64,000 nucleotides of DNA, from NCBI GenBank assembly GCA_963759245.1, contig CAVWYN010000003.1, positions 896,672 to 960,671 on the forward strand, in the 5' to 3' direction. This DNA comes from Vulcanimicrobiota bacterium (GTDB lineage Bacteria > Vulcanimicrobiota > Vulcanimicrobiia > Vulcanimicrobiales > Vulcanimicrobiaceae). Position 1 is the stretch's first letter, and each line of letters starts with the position of its first letter. The notes beneath the pieces were generated by a model. That model saw only the letters and a program-made list of their open reading frames with translations, was not told the DNA's origin and did not search any database. Shown here piece after piece: positions 8,483 through 17,516 of the stretch. A program made the position numbers and the translations under genes.

Positions 8483-9697
8483 GTGAGGCCAAGTTCATGG
8501 CAGCGCACGCTCTGGCTCATGGTGACGGTGCAGGCGTTGATGTCCTTCGCCTTCTCCGTCTCCGGCCCGTTTCTACCGCTCTTCGTCATTCAGCTCGGCG
8601 TTACGCCGATCGCGAAGGTTTCTTTATGGGCGGGCGTCATCGCGTCGGCGAACTTCTTGTTCGCCGCGATCTTCTCGCCGTTCTGGGGCGGCATCGCCGA
8701 TCGGACCGGGCGCAAGGCGATGGTCCTGCGCTCGTGCCTGGCGATCTCGCTGTTCACCGCGCTGATGGGCCTCGTGCAAAACGTGTGGCAGCTCTTCGCC
8801 GCCCGCGCATGCATGGGGATCTTCAGCGGCTTTTCGGGCGCCGCGATCGCGATGGTCGGGACGCAGGTGCCCGAGGAGAGCCTCGGATTTTCGCTCGGGT
8901 GGATGGCGACCGGTCAGCTGATCGGCGGGTTGTGCGGTCCGCTTCTCGGCGGATTTCTCGCCGACAAGATGCACAACTACCGTCAGATTTTCTTCGTCAC
9001 ATCCGCGTTCACGCTGGCCGCGGCGCTGGTCTGCGCGCTGTTCGTACGCGAACGATTCGCGCGCGCCGATAGGTCCGAAGGTCAGACGTCGTTCCGGCAG
9101 AGTCTGCGCGAAATCGCACGCCACCCGCAGCTCGCGCCGATGTTCGTGGTCGTACTGCTCGCGCAAGTCGTAGCGTTCGGCGTGCAACCTATCGTGCCGC
9201 TCTTCGTGCGGGCGCTGGTGGGCAGCGGACCCTGGCTCGCGACCGCCGCCGGCCTTGCGTTCGCGGTGACGGGGCTCGCCGACCTCATCGCGTCGCCCTT
9301 CTTGGGAAAACGCAGCGATCGAATCGGTTACCGCCGCGTCTTGCTGATATCGCTCGTCGGCGTCGCGTGCTTCACGATTCCGCAAGCCTTTGCGCCCAGC
9401 ATCGCGGCATTCATCGCGCTGCGCTTCGGCGTCGGGCTGTTTCTAGGTGGCGTCCTGCCGACGGCCAACGCGCTCATCGGCCGGCTCTTTCCGCGAGAAC
9501 GACGCGGTCAGGTCTTTGGCATCACTTCGAGCGCCACGTTCTTGGGGATGTTTACCGGGCCGCTGCTCGGCGGAACGATCGCCGCGCGCTTCGGTTTCGA
9601 GGCCGTGTTCTTGACAATCGGCGCGATGGCGCTGGCGAACTTCGCGTGGGTTTGGTTTAGCGTGCGAACCGTTCCGGCAGCCGAACCGATTCGCTAA
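8483..9697 (+). CDS. MFS transporter
   Basis: 404 aa, about 12 TM helices, with MFS motif A GGIADRTGRK between TM2 and TM3. Confidence 0.85.
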   Translation: MRPSSWQRTLWLMVTVQALMSFAFSVSGPFLPLFVIQLGVTPIAKVSLWAGVIASANFLFAAIFSPFWGGIADRTGRKAMVLRSCLAISLFTALMGLVQNVWQLFAARACMGIFSGFSGAAIAMVGTQVPEESLGFSLGWMATGQLIGGLCGPLLGGFLADKMHNYRQIFFVTSAFTLAAALVCALFVRERFARADRSEGQTSFRQSLREIARHPQLAPMFVVVLLAQVVAFGVQPIVPLFVRALVGSGPWLATAAGLAFAVTGLADLIASPFLGKRSDRIGYRRVLLISLVGVACFTIPQAFAPSIAAFIALRFGVGLFLGGVLPTANALIGRLFPRERRGQVFGITSSATFLGMFTGPLLGGTIAARFGFEAVFLTIGAMALANFAWVWFSVRTVPAAEPIR

Positions 9698-10139
9698 ACG
9701 CCTTCACGAGACGTTCGATTCCGGCGCGATCCGCTTCACCGAACCGCGCCAACCGCGGGCTGTCGCAATCGAAGACGCCGGCGAACGCGCCGTCGATGAC
9801 GAGCGGCACGACGATCTCGGAGCGCGAGGCGACGTCGCACGCGATGTGATCGGCGAAGCTGCTGACGTCGTCGACGACGAGCGTCGAGCGCTGCGCGGCC
9901 GCTGCACCGCAGACGCCGCGTCCGGCCGCGATCCGCGTGCACGCGGGGCGTCCGCAGAACGGGCCGAGCGACAGATCGCCGGAGGGTGTCGCGAGGTAGA
10001 AGCCGGCCCAGTTGACGTCGGGCAGCGCGTGATAGACGAAGGCTGCGAAGTTTCCCGCGTTGGCGATGAAGTCGGTCTCTTCGGCGAGCAGCTCGCGAAC
10101 TTGCCGTTCGAGCTGGTCGTAGGATGCCGTCGCATTCAT
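9657..10139 (-). CDS. GAF-domain protein (free methionine-R-sulfoxide reductase-like)
   Basis: 160 aa from MNATASYDQ, with NWAGFYL...GPFCGRPACTRI...GVCG...IACD motifs typical of the YebR/MsrC-type GAF. The start ATG overlaps the upstream stop (ATGA at 10136-10139). The 444-aa ORF-track version was rejected. Confidence 0.7.
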   Translation of the reverse strand: MNATASYDQLERQVRELLAEETDFIANAGNFAAFVYHALPDVNWAGFYLATPSGDLSLGPFCGRPACTRIAAGRGVCGAAAAQRSTLVVDDVSSFADHIACDVASRSEIVVPLVIDGAFAGVFDCDSPRLARFGEADRAGIERLVKAFSESVRLPERFAR

Positions 10140-11155
10140 AGCGGGTACGGGTTCGGGGCGTAGATCGATTTGCGTGAGCCGTCCACAGTGAGCGTAAACC
10201 AGGGATCCGCCGTGCGTTTGCGCAGGAGGTCGAAACGCTCGCCGTCGCGCGCCACGTGCGAGACGCCAACCGTGTAGCGAAGCGGCCGCTCCGGCTCGAG
10301 AAGCGGGGGCGTCGCGGCGCGTACGAGATAGGCGCCGCGTCCGCCCGCGGCGTTGAGCACCGTGGCGGTCCCGTCGGGATCGACGACGACCGAGCTCGCC
10401 TGATCGATGCCCAGCCCGTAGACCACAGAGGCGTTCGGCAGCAGGCGATCGTGGAGAATTCGTGCCAGAAAGACGACCATTCGTCCGAAGCGGTCGCGCA
10501 CGACGAGATGCGTGTCGGTGATCGTGTCGGCCAATACCGGCCACGCGAAGAGTCCCGTCGTAAAACTTATGCGCGCCTCGAGCGGATCGGCGACGGCATC
10601 GCGCGTGTGCGTATCGTGATTCAGACGGTCCGCGGCTACGGAATCGTAGACGACCGCGCCTTGGATCGCCAAGCCGGCGCTGCCGCCGCCCACGACTCCG
10701 CCGCGCGCGTAGACGCGTTTGACTGCCGCGATGAGCGCCGAGCCCTTCCACGCGACGTAATGCGCTTGATCCCCGCCCGCAAAGTAGACGGCGTCGGCGC
10801 GGTCGACGACCGGCGCGACCGAATCTACCTCGGCGCTCGACGCGCAGGGCGGGATCAGGACGGTCTGCACCGACGCGAAGTTCCCATATTCGTAGAACGG
10901 ACGGTCGTAGATGTTTCGATCCGACGCGCGCAATACGACAATATTGCCGCCGCGCGCGTTCGTATTTCCTAACAGCCGCCGATGCAGCCATCGCAACGAC
11001 GAGTTGGGCGCCTCCAACGCGCCCGCGCCGTCCAGCAGCAGGCCCGGGCCGTGCAGCCGCGCCGTTGCAACATACGTTCCGTAGCGCGGAAATACGGTAA
11101 TCGAGCAGTTGGGCGGTGCGATCGATAGCGCGGCGACGAGCGCCGTGGCAAGCAT
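10136..11155 (-). CDS. peptidase S51 / cyanophycinase-like protein
   Basis: AVYFAGGDQ and GGVVGGGSAGLAIQG (nucleophile-elbow GGSAG) motifs. Confidence 0.65.
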   Translation of the reverse strand: MLATALVAALSIAPPNCSITVFPRYGTYVATARLHGPGLLLDGAGALEAPNSSLRWLHRRLLGNTNARGGNIVVLRASDRNIYDRPFYEYGNFASVQTVLIPPCASSAEVDSVAPVVDRADAVYFAGGDQAHYVAWKGSALIAAVKRVYARGGVVGGGSAGLAIQGAVVYDSVAADRLNHDTHTRDAVADPLEARISFTTGLFAWPVLADTITDTHLVVRDRFGRMVVFLARILHDRLLPNASVVYGLGIDQASSVVVDPDGTATVLNAAGGRGAYLVRAATPPLLEPERPLRYTVGVSHVARDGERFDLLRKRTADPWFTLTVDGSRKSIYAPNPYPL

Positions 11156-11158
11156 TGC

Positions 11159-11276
11159 GTCATCCTTCGACTCCGCTCAGGATGACACTGCTCCGCTCGG
11201 GATGACACTGCTTCGCTCGGGACGACACTAGTGGTACAATGGGAATCGGTCATCCTTCGACTCCGCTCAGGATGAC
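11159..11276 (+). repeat. REP-like locus: two hairpins plus a 3x20-bp tandem arm repeat
   Basis: gtcatcc-TTCGACTCCGCTCA-ggatgac at 11159-11186 and 11249-11276. ctccgctcaggatgacactg / ctccgctcgggatgacactg / cttcgctcgggacgacacta lie in tandem at 11171-11230. Confidence 0.85.
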
Positions 11277-11299
11277 AATGAAAAAGGAGGGTTTGCCGA

Positions 11300-12280
11300 A
11301 TGCGCACCCTGACACTGATCCTCGCGGCTTTATTCCTAGTATCGTGCGGAGGAACCGGCGTACCGACGATTCCGCAAAACGCCGTCGGACTCGGCGTGAG
11401 CCACACGATTACGCCGACCATACCGATCGTCGGCGGCTGCCAAATCTTTCCCGCGGATAACTGGTGGAACACCGACATCTCCAACTATCCGTTGGATCCG
11501 CTCTCGGACGCTTACATCAACGCGCTACCTGGAAATCTGCATCCCGACTTCGGCCAGAATCCGGATTATGGGATTCCGTTCAACATCGTTCCGAGCACGC
11601 AGAAAAAGGTGCCGGTCAAGTTCTACTACAAATCGCAGAGCGATCCCGGGCCGTACCCGATTCCGAAGAACGCGCAGATCGAAGGCGGTCGAAAGTCCAC
11701 CGGCGACCGGCACGTCTTAGTGTTGCAGCAGGGAACGTGCAAGCTTTACGAGATGTGGGACGCGCACGAGTACAATCACGGCCAGCGATGGACGGCGGGC
11801 TCGGGCGCGATCTTTCCGCTCAATACGAACAAGCTTCGCCCCGACGGCTGGACCTCAGCCGACGCCGCCGGGCTGCCGATCCTGCCGGCGCTGGTAAAGT
11901 GCGACGAAGTCAAGGCTGGACTCATCGAACACGCGCTGCGCGTGACCTTCAGCGCGACGCAGCGAGGCTACATTCATCCGGCAACGCATTTCGCCAGCAA
12001 CAGCTATAAGAAGACCCTCCCGCCGATGGGGCTGCGCATCCGGATGAAGGCGTCGTACAACATCTCGGGCATCACGGGACAGTCCTACGTCATCGCCGTC
12101 GCGATGAAGAAATACGGCATGTTCGTAGCCGACAACGGCTCGAACTGGTACTTCCAGGGCGAGGGCGGCACGAATTCGTCCTGCTGGAACGACAACGATC
12201 TGGACCAACTCAAAAACGTCCCCAATAGCGCCTTCGAGGTGGTGAAGACCGGAAAGATCCTGCGGAAAGGCGGTCTGTAG
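11300..12280 (+). CDS. lipoprotein of unknown function
   Basis: Lipobox LFLVSCGG, RBS AAGGAGG upstream, normal-complexity 326-aa ORF. No family recognised. Confidence 0.6.
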   Translation: MRTLTLILAALFLVSCGGTGVPTIPQNAVGLGVSHTITPTIPIVGGCQIFPADNWWNTDISNYPLDPLSDAYINALPGNLHPDFGQNPDYGIPFNIVPSTQKKVPVKFYYKSQSDPGPYPIPKNAQIEGGRKSTGDRHVLVLQQGTCKLYEMWDAHEYNHGQRWTAGSGAIFPLNTNKLRPDGWTSADAAGLPILPALVKCDEVKAGLIEHALRVTFSATQRGYIHPATHFASNSYKKTLPPMGLRIRMKASYNISGITGQSYVIAVAMKKYGMFVADNGSNWYFQGEGGTNSSCWNDNDLDQLKNVPNSAFEVVKTGKILRKGGL

Positions 12281-12636
12281 CAGGTACGCCGTAGACGCGG
12301 CAATCGCATGCTTGCCTTGCTTTGTCAAAAAAGTCTGAAGGGCGCGGGCATCGGCTGCCGGAAAACAGCGCTCTCCGAATGAGGCCTCGACGAGAATGCG
12401 CGTCGATTTCTGCGCAGTTGAAATGACGCAAAGATCGCCCGCAAACGCAAATGGAATGCGAAGCGCATCTCGATCGTTGTGACAGAGTTGAAGCTAAATA
12501 GTACGAACGTACTACAAATTAAATGCAATCAAGAAAAGTATTTGGATTAGTCGACATCTTCGAGGGGCACGCGAAAATCGCGCAGAACCGCTGCGATGCT
12601 CCTTGTGTTACTCCGACGCTTGGGGAATCCGGGAGC

Positions 12637-12671
12637 AAGGATCGCCCATCTCGCGGGCGATCCTTCTTTTT
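12637..12671 (+). terminator. strong intrinsic terminator with no annotated gene immediately upstream
   Basis: Perfect 11-bp stem aaggatcgccc / gggcgatcctt, 7-nt loop, then cTTTTTc. It lies 357 nt downstream of the nearest + strand stop codon (12280). Confidence 0.75.
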
Positions 12672-12832
12672 CATGCGCGGTCTCCTAGCCTTCGATTGAT
12701 GACCGAGTAAAGTACTTTAATTAACGTTAAGCTTCAGTAACAGTGCGCCGCCTTTCGTTATCTCGACTACTTGATAACGCATGTGGGCGGAAGGTAATTT
12801 AGACAGATGCATAAGAATCGGAGCAGACGATA

Positions 12833-13159
12833 ATGGAGAAGATCATCGAACCGAGCATGCTGCGCGCCGAATATCCGAGGAGCCGGCACACATCATGGAT
12901 CGCCTTCATCCTCGGAGCTTTGGTATTCATCGCGGTTTTGGCAGCGTGCGTCCAACTGTTCGTGCGGTATCAGTACATGCTCGACAACGGCGTCGTGTAC
13001 CGCATCGACCGAATTACTCACCAGGTATGTCGAGTAGTTCAGGGGGGCGTGAATTGCGCGCCACCATCACGGAGCAGGAGCGTTAGTACGAGCGTCAGCC
13101 CGAGCCTCAGCACGAGCGTGAGCGGAACGGTAGCCCATCCTGCGCGCAAGAAAACCTAA
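12833..13159 (+). CDS. small single-pass membrane protein with Ser-rich tail
   Basis: TM helix WIAFILGALVFIAVLAACV and C-terminal SRSRSVSTSVSPSLSTSVSG low-complexity tail. No family recognised. Confidence 0.4.
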   Translation: MEKIIEPSMLRAEYPRSRHTSWIAFILGALVFIAVLAACVQLFVRYQYMLDNGVVYRIDRITHQVCRVVQGGVNCAPPSRSRSVSTSVSPSLSTSVSGTVAHPARKKT

Positions 13160-13162
13160 CCG

Positions 13163-13993
13163 CTAGATAGGTCGCTCGCCCACGATCGTCGCACGCCGCA
13201 CTCGCCGGTGCTGCGGATAGTAGTCCGCAAGCGCGCAGTGCTGCGTCCAGCGGTTGTCCCAGAACGCGACGTTGCCGGCGCGCCAGCTCCAGCGGACCTG
13301 GAACTCGGGCTGAGCCATGTGCTCGAAGAGAAGACGCAGCAGCACGTCGCTCTCGCGCGGGTTTACGCCTTCGATGTGCGTGGTGAAGTCCGCGTTTACG
13401 AATAGCGCCTTGCGCCCCGTCGCGGGATTCGTTCGCACGACTGGATGCGAGACCGGGGGATGCCGCGCGTATATCTGATCGCGCCGATCTTCGATTCCGA
13501 GAGCGCGGAAGCGGTCGGGCGTGAAGTTCTTCGCAAAAGAGTGAACGGCGCGTAGCCTCGACACGAGGTCCTGAAGCGGCGCCGACAGGCTTTCGTACGC
13601 GAGATACATGTTCGCCCAGAGCGTATCGCCACCGAGCCTTGGGATCTCTTCGGCGTAGAGGACGGCGCCCAGCGGCGGGGTTTCGAGGTAGGTGACGTCG
13701 TTGTGCCAGCGGTCGCTGTTCGCGCGATGGTCCGCGTCGTGCTCGAGGATCATGATCTCGGGTGCTTCGTCGTGTCCAGCGTAGAACGGGTGAAGGTAGA
13801 GCGGTCCGAAACGCGCGGCGAAGTCGCGTTGCTGGATGGGCGTCAAGGTCTGTTCTTCGAAGAAGAGGACGAGATGCTCGCCCAGGGCGTCGCGGATATC
13901 CGCGACGTGCTCGTCGGTTAGCGGCGCGGCGAGATCGAGGCCCTCGACAGTCGCGCCGATCGCGGGTGTGAGCCGCCGGAGTTTAAGAGCCAC
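13163..13993 (-). CDS. TauD/TfdA-family Fe(II)/2-oxoglutarate dioxygenase
   Basis: WHNDVTY (HxD iron ligands), the typical LGATVEGLDL N-terminus and the C-terminal WDNRWTQHCA motif. Confidence 0.85.
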   Translation of the reverse strand: MALKLRRLTPAIGATVEGLDLAAPLTDEHVADIRDALGEHLVLFFEEQTLTPIQQRDFAARFGPLYLHPFYAGHDEAPEIMILEHDADHRANSDRWHNDVTYLETPPLGAVLYAEEIPRLGGDTLWANMYLAYESLSAPLQDLVSRLRAVHSFAKNFTPDRFRALGIEDRRDQIYARHPPVSHPVVRTNPATGRKALFVNADFTTHIEGVNPRESDVLLRLLFEHMAQPEFQVRWSWRAGNVAFWDNRWTQHCALADYYPQHRRVRRATIVGERPI

Positions 13994-14086
13994 TTAAGTC
14001 GCGTTAGCCTGTTCTTAACCGGCCGATAAGTCGAGCGCGGTAACTTAGCACATACGTACTCTTTTCCGGATGAGGAGCATTGATTC

Positions 14087-16882
14087 GTGCGCCCGTTTCT
14101 CGCTGCCTGTGTCCTGTTTTTTGCTTCCGCTGCGATGCCCGCGTTAGCGCAGAGCCCATCAGCGACCACCGCGATGGCGACGACGCTGATCAACGGCCGC
14201 GTGTTAGATCAATCCACCGGCCTCCCGATTGCGGGCGCCTCGGTCGAGACGATCGGAGCGACGAAGGAGTCGGCGGCGACCGATAGCAACGGACGATTCT
14301 CGATTTCGAGCCTGGTGCCGGGGCGGTATCAGCTCCGCGTGGGCCATCACGGCTACCAGACGGCCATCTCCGACAGCGTGCTGGTGACCGTGGCGCAGGG
14401 CGCGGACGTCACGCTCGTGCTCGCGCGGCAAAGCTCGGGTGCGACGGACCTTCGCACGATCGGCCACACCTCCACGCGCGCTTCGCAGGCTCTGCAGCGT
14501 TCCTCGGTCATCTATCAATCGGTGAGCGCGGAGACGATCCAGAACTTGGGATTCTTTCGCACGGGCGACTATCTGCGGACGCTGCCCCAAATCAACATGG
14601 CGGTCGGAACGACCGGCGGCAGCGATACGCCCTCGCCGGGTGACGACCAGTACCTCGACTTTCGCGGCATCGGAAACCTAGAGACGACGACGTTACTCGA
14701 CGGGCATCCGATCGGTGGGGGACTCAATCGAGGCAAGAACTTCGGATACAACTGGGAGTCGTCGCCTACGTTTGCGCTGCGCGACGTCGTCGTGGTCTAC
14801 GGCTCGGGACTCACCGGACTCTCGCCGTACAGCGCGCTGGGCGGGGTGGCCAACATGGTCACGCTCGATCCGACGCCCAGGGCGCAATGGAGCTTCACCC
14901 AGGGCTACGGCACGTTCTCGAAGCTGGCGACGACGATCACGGGAACCGGCATGCTGGGTCAGCACTTCGGCTATGCGGTCGCGTACGGGACGCAAGGCAT
15001 CTACGGGCCCTACCGAAACGACTCGTTCTATCAACCCGGCGCGGCATACGATCAGGCGGCGCCGCGCAACTCCGCCGTGTACGACCTCGCCGTTTATCCG
15101 TACGGGACGGGCGTCGCGAACCGCGGAGCGATGGCGAAGTTTCAGTACGTCTTCGGCGATATGTCAAGGCCGTCGCACCTGACCGCCTCGGCCACCTGGT
15201 CGGACTACTGGGACGACAAGACCGGAAACGGCGACCAGGACTATCTGCCGTACGGCACTGCCCTTGCGTTGGGCAAGGCCCTGTTGGCTAGTTACTCGCC
15301 CGGAAAACCGACGAAGCCGCCGTACTCGGTCAGCAACCTTCCGAACTGCCCGGACGGAAGGTTCCTGGGGTTCAGCGTGAACGGCAACCCCTACGGCTTC
15401 GGTACGAATGGTTTGCCCGACGGCGGCCCGCACTGCGTGACGCCGAATCAGTACGCCAACTTCGCGGGCGGCTGGCAAGGCGCCGGCACGACGTGGCAGG
15501 CGCTACACATGAGCCAGTACGACCTGCGGTTCGATACGCCGACCCCGACCGGGCAGCTCGTGGTCGACGGGTTCACCAACAACTGGTTCCAGCTGTACGA
15601 TCGGACGTTCCAGTTGCCGTTCACTCCCGCGACGGCGCCGGGCGGCGCCGGATACGGTCCGAACCCGTACTTTACGAGTCCCGCCGTAGCGACGACGGGT
15701 CTGAGCGCGACCGACGAGTTCTTCGGGCGCACCAGCGATTTCGGCTTCGGTATTGCGGCCAACAACTACGCGTATAAGGAGCTGACGATCGGCTTGCCCC
15801 CTTCGGACCCGGTCGTCAACGACGCGTACGGCTACATGCAGTACGTGTATCATCCCGAGCAGCGGCCCTATTCAGTGTATTTCAATGCCGCGCAAGTCTA
15901 CGCGTCTACCACGACGACGTGGGCGTTCAACCCGCGTCTCGCGTTCGTCTATAATCTGACGCGCAACGACGTTTTCCGGGTCGCGGCGGGCTCCGCGGAA
16001 ACGCAGCCGTATGCGTCGATGATCTTCACCCCGGCGTCGCTGGTTGCGGTGGGCGCGCTCGCGGGCAACGTCAACTGCTCCGGTCTCACGATCATCGGAT
16101 CCGTCGGGAATCCGACGCTGCTTCCGGAGCGCGCCGACGACGTCGACATCAGCTACGGGCACCGCTTCGGTTTCGACTCGCTCATCCAGGCGGAGGCCTA
16201 CAGCGAGAACGTGAACAGCAAGATCTTCCCCGAGCCGATCAACGTCAATACGCTTCCCGCCGGTTTCATCAACACGATGAAGTACCAAAGCTACGTCAAC
16301 TCGCAGTGCGGCGGTAAGCCAGGCACCGGAGCGCTCGGGGTCAACTCGTATCACAACATCGGGCGTCTTTTGGCGCAGGGCCTCGATATTCAGGGGCGTC
16401 AACGCGTCACCCGCAATTTATTCTTCGACTACGGCTATTCGATCGAGAACGCGGTGCTGAAATCGGCCGACGTTGTGCTGTTGCAGAACAACCCGACGTA
16501 CATCGTCGGCGCGCAGCTGCCCGGCGTCCCGGCGCACAAGTGGCAGGTCTCCGCCGACGTTACGGTCGGCAGGAACGTAGATCTCCGCCTGACTCAGTAT
16601 TACGTCGGAGCGAACAACTCGAAGAACATCGGCGCGTATAACTACGGAGAGCTGAGCGCGAACGTACCCTGGGGATCGGGCAGGTTCAACGTTGCGGTGA
16701 CGAACCTGTGGAACCAGTACGCCCAGTGGAACGGCCTGATCGGCTACGGCCTGCCTCTTGCGATGAACCACTATGCGACGGCGGCGCAGTACGCGCCCTT
16801 CATCGGCGCGGGGGCGACGGAGTCGTATGGCATCCCGCCGCGCCAGATCTACTTCGCGTACACCTTCTTGTTGAGGCAGTGA
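14087..16882 (+). CDS. TonB-dependent-receptor-like outer-membrane protein with N-terminal carboxypeptidase-regulatory-like domain
   Basis: Signal peptide, the INGRVLDQSTGLPIAGASVE...GRYQLRVGHHGYQ beta-sandwich, a plug-like region, then a long Gly/Tyr/Asn-rich beta-barrel-type sequence. The C-terminal residue is not the canonical aromatic. Confidence 0.7.
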   Translation: MRPFLAACVLFFASAAMPALAQSPSATTAMATTLINGRVLDQSTGLPIAGASVETIGATKESAATDSNGRFSISSLVPGRYQLRVGHHGYQTAISDSVLVTVAQGADVTLVLARQSSGATDLRTIGHTSTRASQALQRSSVIYQSVSAETIQNLGFFRTGDYLRTLPQINMAVGTTGGSDTPSPGDDQYLDFRGIGNLETTTLLDGHPIGGGLNRGKNFGYNWESSPTFALRDVVVVYGSGLTGLSPYSALGGVANMVTLDPTPRAQWSFTQGYGTFSKLATTITGTGMLGQHFGYAVAYGTQGIYGPYRNDSFYQPGAAYDQAAPRNSAVYDLAVYPYGTGVANRGAMAKFQYVFGDMSRPSHLTASATWSDYWDDKTGNGDQDYLPYGTALALGKALLASYSPGKPTKPPYSVSNLPNCPDGRFLGFSVNGNPYGFGTNGLPDGGPHCVTPNQYANFAGGWQGAGTTWQALHMSQYDLRFDTPTPTGQLVVDGFTNNWFQLYDRTFQLPFTPATAPGGAGYGPNPYFTSPAVATTGLSATDEFFGRTSDFGFGIAANNYAYKELTIGLPPSDPVVNDAYGYMQYVYHPEQRPYSVYFNAAQVYASTTTTWAFNPRLAFVYNLTRNDVFRVAAGSAETQPYASMIFTPASLVAVGALAGNVNCSGLTIIGSVGNPTLLPERADDVDISYGHRFGFDSLIQAEAYSENVNSKIFPEPINVNTLPAGFINTMKYQSYVNSQCGGKPGTGALGVNSYHNIGRLLAQGLDIQGRQRVTRNLFFDYGYSIENAVLKSADVVLLQNNPTYIVGAQLPGVPAHKWQVSADVTVGRNVDLRLTQYYVGANNSKNIGAYNYGELSANVPWGSGRFNVAVTNLWNQYAQWNGLIGYGLPLAMNHYATAAQYAPFIGAGATESYGIPPRQIYFAYTFLLRQ

Positions 16883-16961
16883 AAATCAAGAGTTATCAAA
16901 TTGGCGTGACGTTGATCTAGAGCAGCCTTTCTGGTAAAGAGAGGCTAAGGAGGTCGACGTC

Positions 16962-17414
16962 ATGATCTCACGGGCAATATTGATACTCCCGCGCCTTTTC
17001 TTGGGAGTCATCTTTTCGGTCGCCGCGTTTCACAAGATTGCCGGCGGAGGATTCCCGAGTCACCTCGCGGCGTTTCTCGACCAGACGTTGCCGAACGCAA
17101 CCGGCGCATATCAAGCGTTTGCGCGAGCAGTCGTCTTGCCGAACGCACCCGTCGTTGCGATTCTCGTGATGATCGGGGAGACGTTCGTGGCAGTCGCGAT
17201 GCTCGTCGGGGGTGCAACGCGCCTTGCCGCGGGCGTTGCGATCTTGCTGCTTTTAAACTATATGTTGGCCAAGGGAATGACTTTTTGGAGCCCAGCGAGC
17301 AACGATGCCGCGGATATCGTCCTGGCGATCCTCGTCGGCGTAGGCGCCGCGGGGCGCGTGTGGGGGCTCGATGCCGTGCTGAAACGGCGCTACCCGCGCG
17401 TACCGCTTTGGTAG
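16962..17414 (+). CDS. DoxX-like membrane protein
   Basis: 4 TM helices, a RLFLGVIF..HKI start and an IGETFVAVAMLVG...LLLNYML pattern. Same architecture as 52031-52564. AAGGAGG RBS. Confidence 0.55.
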   Translation: MISRAILILPRLFLGVIFSVAAFHKIAGGGFPSHLAAFLDQTLPNATGAYQAFARAVVLPNAPVVAILVMIGETFVAVAMLVGGATRLAAGVAILLLLNYMLAKGMTFWSPASNDAADIVLAILVGVGAAGRVWGLDAVLKRRYPRVPLW

Positions 17415-17516
17415 CGAACGCGGCGGCAGTGATTCAGGTGCAAGCACCGTTCGCCGCGCTCGATCTCCAGGACTAAACCGCGGTCGTGCGGAAAGCCGCC
17501 GAACGCAGCGTCGATC

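Noticed and set aside
9657-10991. 444-aa ORF, plus other long ORFs such as 2595-3866 (+), 8624-9385 (-), 23722-24366 (-), 54946-55833 (-), 58634-59392 (+) and 10256-10972 (+)
   Set aside because: They are extremely Arg/Ala/Pro/Gly-rich and lie antisense to, or frame-shifted over, genes with clear family motifs. This is the usual open-frame artefact of high-GC DNA. Only the C-terminal 160 aa of 9657-10991 (the GAF protein) was kept.
11171-11230. Possible mini-CRISPR array (3 x 20-bp direct repeats)
   Set aside because: The units are contiguous with no spacers, they are copies of the REP 3' arm, and no cas genes or leader are present.
12524-12700. 58-codon ORF (MQSRKVFGLVDIFEGH...) in the AT-richer spacer
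   Set aside because: It has no RBS, it runs straight through the terminator hairpin, and its second half is low-complexity. More likely non-coding.
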